From contig KZ538239.1 of the NCBI GenBank assembly GCA_000934665.2, forward strand, positions 1 through 64,000: a stretch of 64,000 nucleotides of DNA. Reading direction: 5' to 3'. Made by a program: the position numbers and the translations under genes. Positions within the stretch are counted from its first letter, which is position 1. Each line of letters opens with the position of its first letter. This document shows positions 53,045-64,000 of this stretch, one piece after another. The notes beneath the pieces were generated by a model that had not been told where the DNA came from, did not search any database, and worked only from the letters and a program-made list of their open reading frames with translations. This stretch comes from Catajapyx aquilonaris. Lineage: Eukaryota.

Positions 53045-55070
53045 TCAATTTAATCTCTTTTCAAACTCCTTCACAAACGTGGGGTAAAATTTTCCACATC
53101 TGGTGTACTCAACTTTCTTCAAGTATTTTTGAAGCTTTGTCCACAGAATTTGAGGATCAGTTCCTATTTCATACTGAAAAAATACACATTTTTTTCATAA
53201 ATGGCCAGAATTACATTGCATGAAAAATACCCTCTACCTGTTCATAGGCCTTGTAGACTGCTTTAAGTGCCATTGCCTTATTTTCTACAAAGGCGTGACC
53301 CAGTCCATGCAAAATGGCAATTCCATACATATCTGCAGAATCGCACATGTTTAGAGGGTTATGACAATAAGCCAAACGGTAGTTATATCGGCACGACGTC
53401 ACGTACAAAAGATCTGCAAAAAAGTTTGTAAAAATTAATTCTCCCAAGTTGTTCTAGCGCATGACTTGCCTGGATGTTCATTAAAAATAATGTTAACAAT
53501 ATCCTGGTCAATTAAAAAAAGGTCACTTTTCCATTGGTTGTAAACTTCTATGACCTTCTCGTTCCATCCAAACTGACGCATTTTTGGCAAATTCATAAAG
53601 AACACTCCAGAATTTACACCTGGAAGAAAAGGACTCAAACATTTAGTTTGTTTCATCATTAAGATTACAATCATATAGGTAAAAATGTCGAAGAATTCTC
53701 ATGTTTCAGTTTGTTATTGATTGACTAACTGCTGTTAATAATTATTTGTTACTTGTTAATAATCATTTACTCGCAGGGAATCTATGAAAATATGATCAAT
53801 GAACAACATACAAGGAAACTTGCAGATTTCCAGGTTGTCACAGCAGCGTACGCAACATTTTCACCTAAATTAATGTAAGCTTCACATTTTCTTATTTCTT
53901 ATGCATAATAATAACAAAATAATATATAATTTCTTACCAAACGGAGGGAAGAAAGGAAAATTCATGCGCGATTTTTCGTAGTATGTGAATGTACTGTGCA
54001 TTTCGTCTGGGGCTAAGGCAGCAATTTGACTGGAGTTCATTTTTGAGAAAACTTCATCCCACAATTCTTCCAATGGGACCATGAAAAGTATATCCGTGTC
54101 CACATACAGACAAGAGTCCACATGCTGCAACACTGACTGAAATGAATGCAGTACTGGTGTATGGTAAGTTGTGCTGTGCTGCAGAATAAATATTAGCCTA
54201 CCTATCTTCATCCTTGATTCTCAGATAAATATTATTATCATAATTGAAATTGCACTCATTATAGATTTGTGCTTATAAAATATATAATTATTAATGTCAA
54301 AGAATGCAGAACATACCGGTAAAAACAGTCTTTGAGTTGCGCATGGTTTGAACAAATTTTTCCACTCTTCAACTACGTCTTCAGGTACAGGAAATGTATC
54401 AGACAAAAGTTCAAAAGTAAAGCGCCTTTTCACATCATCTGGCCAATTTTGCAGCTGCAAATTAAACTGCAAATTTAACTAAGAAGATACAAGCTCAATA
54501 GGATCTGAAGTAATGGAAAACTGACCATTTTCTGGACCTCCTGAACTTCGTCCGTAAATATAATGACATGCACTGTTTCTCGGGTGAAAACAGTGGCTGA
54601 TTTGAGCATGACCATGCCTTGAGAGATTCGTTTCTCCCCACACATGGCTACAGCTAGGTTGATCCTCTCCCTGTGACATATAAATCCGACAATAATATTT
54701 GGAGACCTCGGGGGAAGAAAGATCAAGGTTCACTTCAGGTGAAACCGGGTGAAACTGAGACATTCCAATTTCAAATCAAAGTTCCAGAGAAACACCCTTC
54801 TATATGAGTACAGTACATGGTTACAACAATCGTAACATTAATGAAAAGTAAACGAAAGAAAATATGATGTACTTACGTTACATTGGTTAATCTCAGTTTT
54901 GCTGCTGTACTTTGTGCTTTCTTCAATAATACTGGGGCTGATGATTTGAGAGCTGTGCAGTCCATGTCCACATTAGCATTATGACCTATTACCCAGAAAG
55001 TAAGGCCTAGGGCAGTCGATACGATGAAACCAGTGATTGCAGCCTTGGGAAGTGCCAGAGGCCTCTTCAT
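53045..55070 (-). CDS. GT8 glucoside xylosyltransferase-like paralog B (divergent, sister of A)
   Basis: Same 7-exon structure. MKRPLALPKAAITGF TM segment; YVDTD, GVNSGV, LIDQD, ILHGLG. Intron 5 has a GC donor (CAG|GCAAGT at 53469). Stop TGA at 53045-53047. Confidence 0.88.
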
Positions 55071-55992
55071 GGCTATAGTATGGTCAATCTGAAAAAACGT
55101 TGCATACAATAAATATTAGTAAGTTAGTACAACAAGGAACACCGGTATATTATTGAGTGACAAATGCTCACCTCTCTACACAAATCACTGAATTCTGATG
55201 GTACGATATCTCCACACGCACCATAGAAATGGAGCATAGACCCTATGTAACGACGATCCGCAAATTACCCACACTTTAGAGAGATTCCAAGTGGAATACA
55301 TCTGCATACGACTAGGAGGGAGAAAGAGAGGTGAGGGGAGTTCTCTATGGTATGAATAGAAAGAAGAAGAATATGGAGATTCTTTTCAAAGTAAAAGGCA
55401 TGTCAGATGTCCATTTGCATATTAAAATGAGGTACTCGTCCATCTGCTCTTACAATAGATTACTTCTGTACTTGCTGCCATACTGTACACGCGGCCTGGC
55501 CGGCCCCAGTAAGCCTCCAGCAGTACTCGGTAATGTAATAGAGCGAGTTCACTCACATCCTTTGTCATTGTTACCCTGGCATTGTGGAACACGCCTCACT
55601 CATATACTAATCTAATACTATTCATATCATGGAGCTAACGTTGCAACTGCATCTTATGATTTGTTCTGCATTACAATTTAAAATTTGGCTCGCTGCATGT
55701 ATGATGGTTGTCAAATTATAAATGCAACACCGTTATAAAATGAGATTGGGGATGCCGTTTTATAAAGTGAACCTGGCATGATTACACGTATGTTAAATAT
55801 TACAATACATGAACAGCAACTTCATGTTCTTGCTTGATGTTGTGAATTCCAGATCACTGCAACTAAAGCACTTAACTTCTTAACCCTATATACTTCTAAC
55901 TCTTAACTCAACTTCTTAACTTTTAACTCTAACACTTTCACTTCTTTTATTACTTAAAAAAAATCGCAACTCCTAAATTATTATTTTTTGCT

Positions 55993-57792
55993 TTATTCGA
56001 TACCGGTATAATTATTATTGTGGTATCGCTTTTCAAACGCCTTCATAAATAATGAGGGGGATTTGCCACAATTGGAGAATAATGAAGTCCTCTGTATGTA
56101 TTTCTGAAGCGTGAACCACAGCTGCCTAGGGTCAGATCCGACCTCATACTGAAAACAAAAATATAAATACACAAACTTGAAATGTACGCAAATGGATACA
56201 CTACTTGATAAGTATAATAAGTAACAACAACAACTACTAACTTTTTCATAAGCCAAGAATACACCTTTGTATGTAGGCAAAAAAGTGAATGCTTTGTCTA
56301 GTCCATGTAAAATGGCTATTCCATCTTTCTCTGCAGAATCGCACTTCTCCGCAGGAACGTGGCAATATTCAGACCGAAAATTGTATCGACACGGTGATAT
56401 GTACAGCAGATCTGTAAAAAGACGATTTAAAAAAAGGCAATTTCCATTAAAGTAGGCCTAATTAAATTTGACTAACCTAGATTCTCACGAAAAATAATGT
56501 TCATAATGTCCTGATCAAATAAAAGGAGGTCTTTTTTCCATTTCTTGTAGACTTCAACAACCTTGGTGGTCCATCCAAACTGACGCATTTTATCCAACCT
56601 CATAAAGAATACTCCAGAATTGACTCCTGAACAAAAGGGACAAAAGAGTGTGATGTTTATTTCAGACAGGTGAATACCGTATAACCATCGTATAACCATA
56701 CCAAACGGTGCGACGAACGGGAATTTTGTACTCTCCTTGTACCAAGTCCTCTCGTGGTGGACATGGTCAGGGGATAAGGCAGCTATGTGAGTAGGTAGCA
56801 TTTGTGTGAAGACTCCGTCCCACACATCCTCGACAGAGGTCAGAAAAATTGTGTCAGAGTCCACATACAAAACATTATCTACGTGCTGCAACACTTCCTG
56901 CAAAAAAATATGCAGTAGTTTATGAGTGATGTACTGCCTCATTAATTTAAAGACATACTGGCAAAAATAGCCTCTGAGATGCGCATGGTTTGAACAAGTT
57001 TTTCCACTCTTCGACTTCCTCTTCAGGCACAGGAAATGTAGCCAACATGAGCTCAAAAGTAAAGCGCTTTTTCAAATCATCTGGCCAATTTTTCAGCTGC
57101 AAATTAAACTGCAAATGAAACTGAGAAGAGACAAGCTCAATAGGTTTTGAAGTAATGAAAAACTGACCATTTTCTGGACCTCCTGAACCTCGTCCGTAAA
57201 TATGATGACATGTACTGTTTCTCGGGTGAAAACAGTGAGTGATTTGAGCATGACCATGCCTTGAGAGATTTTCTCCCCACACATGGCTACAACTAGGTTG
57301 ATCCTCTCCCTGTGACATAAATCCGACAATAATATTTAACATACTGACGCACAGTGTTTCTCTGCTCAAGTTGACGGTCCAAGAGGGAGGATAATGATAG
57401 CCCGCTTACAATGTGCAGGGACACAAAGAAATATACAGAAAGGCCAATCATTATTATATGCAAAAGACAAAGATACCAATCATCCTTCCTCCCCTTCTAT
57501 TCTAGACTGTCCACGGACAGCGACACGGCCTTGTAGTACATGGCTAAACCTCATAACTTTAATCAAAAGTAAATAATAGCAAATTGTATACTAACGTTAC
57601 ATTTGTTAATCGTAGTTTTGCTGCTGTACTTTGCGTTTTCTTCAATAATACTGGGGCTGATGATTTGAGTGATGTGCTGTCCATGTCCACATTAGCATGA
57701 TGGTGGCCTATTATCCAGAAAGCAATGCCTAGGACAGTTGATATGGTGAAGCAGATGATTGCAGCTGTGGGAAGTGCCAGAGGCCGTTTCAT
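55993..57792 (-). CDS. GT8 glucoside xylosyltransferase-like paralog C (divergent)
   Basis: Same 7-exon structure and intact. YVDSD, SPDHVHHERTWY, GVNSGV, LFDQD, YNFRSEYC, ILHGLD; ends ...RYHNNNYTGIE*. Confidence 0.9.
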
Positions 57793-58018
57793 GGCTAGTA
57801 GGGTCAATCTGGAAAAACTTTGTATGCAAATAATAATTGATAGTATACGTACTGTACAACACGGACAAATGCTCACCTTTTTACACAAATCACTGAATTC
57901 TGATGGTACAATATACTCTCTCCACAAGTACCATATAAATGCAGCCGATGTAACGACGATCTGCAAATTACCCGCACTTTAGAGAGATTCCAAGTGGAAT
58001 ACAACTGCATACGACTAC

Positions 58019-58110
58019 GAGAGAGAGAGAGAGAGAGAGAGNNNNNNNNNNNNNNNNNNNNNNNNNNNNNNNNNNNNNNNNNNNNNNNNNNNNNNNNNNN
58101 GGGGGGGGGA
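58019..58110. other. (GA)n microsatellite, assembly gap (N run 58042-58100) and poly-G
   Basis: Seen directly. It lies in the upstream region of paralog C, at a position where the other copies have a shorter GA/G tract. Confidence 0.95.
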
Positions 58111-59050
58111 GGGGAGTTCTCTATATAGTATGGATAGAAAGAAGAAAAATTATTCTTTTCACAGTAAATGGCATTTCAGACGCCCATTTGCGTATTAAAA
58201 TGAGGTACTCGTCCATCTGCTCTTACAATAGATTACTTCAGTACTTGCTGCCGTAGTACTGTACACGCGGCTCGGCTGGCCCCAGTAAGCCTCCCGCAGT
58301 ACTCGGTAATGTAATACACCGGGTTCACACACATCCTTTGTCATTGTTACCCTGGCATTATGGAACACGCCTCACTCATACGACGAGACGTTGATGCCAC
58401 TAAAATGATGCCATATCATATAGTTATTATTATACATTAGGCTACACCATAATAATTACCGCAATGGCCGAAATAATTCTTGCAATAATATTGACGGAAA
58501 GTGGCATATATTTTTTGAATATTAAGCAATGAAGGAGGTGAAAAAATTTAAACTTAGTCTACCTTTGCCATATTCTTAATTTTTGCAGAAAATAATGCAA
58601 TTATGAGAATTGGCAACTAGCCAATGCAATAACTGCCTTTTGCAGTTTAATATATGCCATACGGTTAGTTCAAAGGAAACCTACCAGATGGATTAAAAAT
58701 AGTACTATTCTTATCATGAAGCTAACGTTGCAACTTGCATCTTATGCTTTGTTGTGCATTGAAATTTAAAATTTGGCTCGCTGCATGTATGATGGTTGTC
58801 AAATTATAAATGCAACACCTTTACCGGCAAAATGAGATTGGGGATGCCGTTTGATGAAGTGAACCTGGCATGATTACGCGTATGTTAAATATTACAATAC
58901 ATGAACAGCAACTTCTTGTTCTTGCTTGATGTTGCGAATTCCAGACCCCTGAAACTAAAGCACTCAACTGCTTAACTCTGAACTCTAACACTTTAAATTC
59001 TTTTATTACTAAAAAAAACTTCGCAACCACGAAATTATTATTATTTTGCT

Positions 59051-60846
59051 TTATTCGATACCGGTATAATAATTATTGTGGTATCGCTTTTCAAACGCCT
59101 TCATAAATAATGAGGGGGATTTGCCACAATTGGAGAATAATGAAGTCCTCTGTATGTATTTCTGAAGCGTGAACCACAGCTGCCTAGGGTCAGATCCGAC
59201 CTCATACTGAAAACAAAATTATAAATACACAAACTTGAAATGTATGTAAATGGATACTACTTGGTCAGTAATATATTAGTAACAACTACTAACTTTTTCA
59301 TAAGCCAAGAATACACCTCTGTATGTAGGCAAAAAAGTGAATGCTTTCATTAGTCCATGTAAAATGGCTATTCCATCTTTCTCTGCAGAATCGCACTTCT
59401 CCGCAGGAACGTGGCAATATTCAAACCGAAAATTGTATCGACACGGTGATATGTACAGCAGATCTGTAAAAAGACGATTTAAAAAAAGGCAATTTCCATT
59501 AAAGTAATTAAATGTGACTAACCTAGATTCTCACGAAAAATAATGTTCATAATGTCCTGATCAAATAAAAGGAGGTCATTTTTCCATTTCTTGTAGACTT
59601 CAACAACCTTGTTGGTCCATCCAAACTGACGCATTTTATCCAACCTCATAAAGAATACTCCAGAATTGACTCCTGAACAAAAGGGACAAAAGAGTGTGAT
59701 GTTTATTTCAGACAGGTGAATATAACCATACCAAACGGTGCGACGAACGGGAATTTTGTACTCTCCTTGTACCAAGTCCTCTCGTGGTGGACATGGTCAG
59801 GGGATAAGGCAGCTATGTGAGTAGGTAGCATTTGTGTGAAGACTCCATCCCACACATCCTCGACAGAGGTCAGAAAAATTGTGTCAGAGTCCACATACAA
59901 AGCATTATCTGCGTGCTGCAACACTTCCTGAAAGAAATATGCAGTAGTTTATGAGTGATGTACTGCCTCATAAAGACATACTGGCAAAAATAGCCTCTGA
60001 GATGCGCATGGTTTGAACAAGTTTTTCCACTCTTCGACTTCCTCTTCAGGCACAGGATATGTAGCCAGCATGAGCTCAAAAGTAAAGCGCTTTTTCACAT
60101 CATCTGGCCAATTTTGCAGCTGCAAATTAAACTGCAAATTAAACTACTCGTAAGAAGACACAAGCACAATAGGCTCTGAAGTAATGGAAAACTGACCATT
60201 TTCTGGACCTCCTGAACCTCGTCCGTAAAGATGATAACATGTACTGTTTCTCGGGTGAAAACAGTGAGTGATTTGAGCATGACCATGCCTTGAGAGATTT
60301 TCTCCCCACACATGGCTACAGCTAGGTTGATCCTCTCCCTGTGACATAAATCCGACAATGATATTTAACATACTGACACAGTGTTTCTCTGCTCAAGTTG
60401 ACGGTCCAAGAGGGAGGATAATGATAGCCCGCTTACAATGTGCAGGGACACAAAGAAATATATAGCCTACAGAAAGGCCAATCATTTATTATATGCAAAA
60501 GTCAACGATAATAATCTACCAATCTTCGTTCCTTCCTCCCAATTCTAATCTGGACTGTCAACTTGGACAGAGACACACACTTGTAGTACATGGCTGGAAA
60601 CCTCTTAACTTTAATCAAAAGTAAATAATAGCAAATGATATATTATACTTACGTTACATTTGTTAATCGTAGTTTTGCTGCTGTACTTTGTGCTTTCTTC
60701 AATAATACTGGGGCTGATGATTTGAGAGCTGTGCTGTCCATGTCCACATTAACATGATGACCTATTATCCAGAAAGCAAAGCCTAAGACAGTCGTTATGG
60801 TGATGCAGATGATTGCAGCAGTGGGAAGTGGCAGCGGTCTCTTCAT
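59051..60846 (-). CDS. GT8 glucoside xylosyltransferase-like paralog D (divergent, near-identical to C in exons 4-7)
   Basis: Same 7-exon structure and intact. YVDSD, LFDQD, YNFRFEYC, ILHGLM. Stop TAA at 59051-59053. Confidence 0.88.
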
Positions 60847-62867
60847 GGCTATAGTATAGGGTCAATCTGAGAAACTTTGCATACAAATTGGTAGTAATTT
60901 AGTATATAACATGGAATACCGGTATATTATTGAGTGACAAATGCTCACCTCTTTACAGCAATCACTGAATTCTGATGGTAGGCTATATACTCTCTCCACA
61001 CATATCATAGAAATACAGCAGATGTAATAACGATCCACAAATTACCCACACTTTAGAGAGATTCCAAGTGGAATACAACTGCATACGACTAGGAGGGAGA
61101 GAGAGAGGGGAGGGGGGTTCTCTATGGTATGAATAGAAAGAAGAAGAATATGGAGATTCCTTTCAAAGTAAAAGGCATGTCAGATATCCATTTGCATATT
61201 ATTAAAATGAGGTACTCGTCCATCTGCTCTTACAATAGATCACTTCTGTACTTGCTGCCACACTGTACACGCGCCCCGGCCAGCCCCAGTAAGCCTCTCG
61301 CATATTAAAAATGCATATTAAAAAGATTTGCAGACTCTGTAATATAAAATGAGTTACTAGCCCAGCTTCACTCTCTGTGCATATTTCAGAGAAAGTACAG
61401 CACCATGCAAATTCTGAATACACCCTGAGTCAGGATCCACACGGCACATTTCATTGCACTACTGCATGCTGTTGGCTTTGATTCTTGAAAATTAGTGATC
61501 CTCTCAAAGTTGCTGTGGACTTAGATAGGATGTTGTCTATGAGGCTAGGACAAATATATTTTGAAGTTCCGTCTCTGTTTCATGGTGCCACCTCCTGGCC
61601 CAACATGTTCACGTACAATTAAACCATTCCTTTAAAACACATGAACCATAATATGGTGCCAAATGATGGCTGCACAGAGCATGAAGGAGCAGTAATATCT
61701 AGACCAAAATGTTACATTACTTTGTGAAGTAGGATGGTTGGAAGAAAAACAGAAAAAAATGTACGATAGTTTATTATGCAGTTTCAAAGACAACATTTGG
61801 TATTGTCAATTGTCAGTTTGTGTCTTTCAATAATTATGCATACTGGCACTCAGTTACTATTGGCATGACTTCCTGCGGAACACTCTTGTTAGTAAGAGGC
61901 ACCAAATATATTATGACAAAAATCTCACACTTGTTCTCCATGGCCACACATATTATGAGCACATTCACAAAAAGAATTTCTAAAATCAATAACTTCATAA
62001 AAAAAGAGTATTATACACTTCACCTCTTGAGAGAGAAGTCTTCGGGCACATGATGGTATCAAGTCACATTTTATGTCTAGCATAATACAAAATGTCAAAT
62101 GACTTATGCAATAATGGCATTATAATATTAGAGCAGTCTTTTAAGAGTCACTGGAAGTGCAGTAATGTCTCTCATGTAATCTGTGTATGATTAAAATGAC
62201 ATGAGATGGCATACCATGAATTTAACGTCTAAGAGAAATCAAAATTATTGTGGCATACGTGTAATGTGACTTACCATTATGCTCCCAAGTCTACATGGAT
62301 TGCCATGAACCTGATTATTAATTAGTGAAGTAATCATTCAAGGCAGAGATCTCAAATTGTTCTATCCTGCATAATACAACTTTACAAAACACCTGTACAA
62401 ATTATGACACTGGAAACATTTCATTATACACTTAATTGCACATCAATGTACCTTAATTTTATACATTTTTTCAAAAAAAAAAAAAAAAAATGGATACCAC
62501 AAGGTTCAGATCTAAAGTACACACAATTATAGCTGTCAACACTGACACCAACACTCATATGTTTGTAACTACATACCTGTACTCTGCTGCACTAAATGGC
62601 ACTTTCTTTGGTTTCCAAGATTGGTAATTATGACAGTGGCTGTCAATATAAAGGCAAGTAGTTCTATGGGTTCCCACGTGAGAATAGACAACAGTTACTA
62701 CCATACCAAAATGTCAGTAGAAAACACTAAGGGGGTATCCAATTATTATGAAATTGTACAGTATACAAACAGGCCACAATTACATTGGGGGGGGGGGGGG
62801 GGGNGGGAAAAGAAAATGTCCGCATAATACTGCTTATTAATAATATTGCACTCAGGTCCATTTTTTT

Positions 62868-64000
62868 TCAACGACTAATGTTCCTGGATTGGAATTTCTC
62901 AAATTCAGTCAGGAACAGGTGGTTAACTTTCCCGCAGTTGGTGCCTTCAGTCTCCTTCAAGTATTTTTGAAGCTTCGTCCACAAATGGCGCAGGTCTGAC
63001 CCCAACTCAAACTGTAACAAAATGTGCATGTTACTTCTGTGAAATGTGACTAACATGTTAAGTAACCTCCCCTGCACACTACATCACTCATTACAAAAAC
63101 AGTAAAATAAAAAAAAGCACTACATCAATTCTACTGTATTAGGTCGGTACCATCAATTCGTAATTCGTACGTACCTCTTCCATGGCCTTGTATACGGCCT
63201 TAAAAGCGATCTGCTTATTGTTGTGGAAGCTGCCTCGATTTCCATGCAGGACAGCAACTCCGTCTTCCTCTGCACTTTTGCAAACACTATTATACATGCA
63301 GTGGTCCGGACGGAAGTTGTATCGGCATGGGTAAATATAAAGTTTATCTGCAAAAGAAGCCATTCCTTCACAACTTGTACGAGTGTCTCTCAACAAATAA
63401 AAAATTGCATTAAATTATGGCAAATATATCGCATTGGTCAGTTGATCATGTCAAACTCACTTCTGACACTTTCATGACAGACTTACATTATTAAAATCAT
63501 TTAAGCATAATCATGAATGAGTCATTCAAACCTGGATGATAATGGAAGATAATGTTGATTATGTCCTGATCTCCCCAAGTGATCTTCAATTTGTACTTCT
63601 GGTGGATTGGAATTACGTATTCTCGCCAGCCAAAGCGTCGCATCCGGGTCAAGTTCATCAACATCACTCCAGAGTTGACTCCTATGGAAGAAAACACAGC
63701 TTTTCACAATCCTTTGCTAAAGGTGAATCTGTCGTCAAATTTTCAAATTAAGCACTTTCTATGCAGAAGTGCAGAACATTATTTCACAAATCAATAATAA
63801 AATGTACACAAAGACTTACCCAAAGGCTCAAAATATGGATGCCGTGCAAATCTGTTGTACCAGCCTGTTGCAAAGTCCTCGTGTTCTGGAGTTAGGGCGG
63901 CCATGTGGCTTGAGTTCATCCTGGAGAAGTGCTGCCATATCTCCTCGACTGGGACCAGGAACAAGACATCGGTGTCCACGTACAAGAGAGAGTCAATGTG
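62868..64000 (-). CDS. GXYLT: Canonical glucoside xylosyltransferase (GXYLT1/2, Drosophila shams type), last four exons; the 5' part lies outside the window
   Basis: [76 protein letters not shown] and VLHGNRG are family-typical motifs. Candidate AATAAA at 61770-61775. Confidence 0.93.

Noticed and set aside
53045..55070. Paralog B as a pseudogene (no GT donor at intron 5, longer exon 2)
   Set aside because: The GC donor has a strong consensus context and the exon 2 insertion is 3 nt in frame; no stops were found in the spliced frame.
55395..55412. p53-like half-site AGGCATGTC upstream of GXYLT paralogs
   Set aside because: There is only one imperfect half-site, it is lost in paralog C, and its recurrence is explained by duplication.
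1..64000. CRISPR array, operon or prokaryotic defence system
   Set aside because: The sequence is intron-containing eukaryotic DNA. There is no regularly spaced repeat-spacer array, and the multi-kb repeats are gene duplicates.

Overview
Eukaryotic genomic DNA, arthropod-like judging from the Rictor and GXYLT/shams-type proteins and the many ~55-100 nt GT-AG introns; there is one assembly gap at 58042-58100. The first ~22.5 kb has no supportable coding sequence and carries several small inverted-repeat or MITE-like elements. Gene models were built by hand from splice signals and reading-frame continuity. In order they are: (1) a 9-coding-exon + strand gene for a ~1238-aa, largely low-complexity protein with an MGNSHS myristoylation-type N-terminus (22578-28542); (2) Rictor, the TORC2 subunit, convergent on the - strand (29454-37629); (3) a 2-exon, 215-aa gene resembling only the DNA-binding N-terminus of an IS630/Tc1-like transposase, with no DDE domain (39238-39948, -); (4) an ANKRD34/63-like ankyrin gene (43384-48236, -); (5) a head-to-tail array of five GT8 glucoside-xylosyltransferase (GXYLT/shams) genes (48908 to beyond 64000, -). 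The array holds one canonical copy and four intact paralogs that keep the metal-binding residues but have rewritten the motifs around the substrate pocket, plus a probable remnant of a sixth, deleted copy. The array and the probable domesticated transposase are the most interesting items. Family assignments come from recalled motifs; no database search was run.
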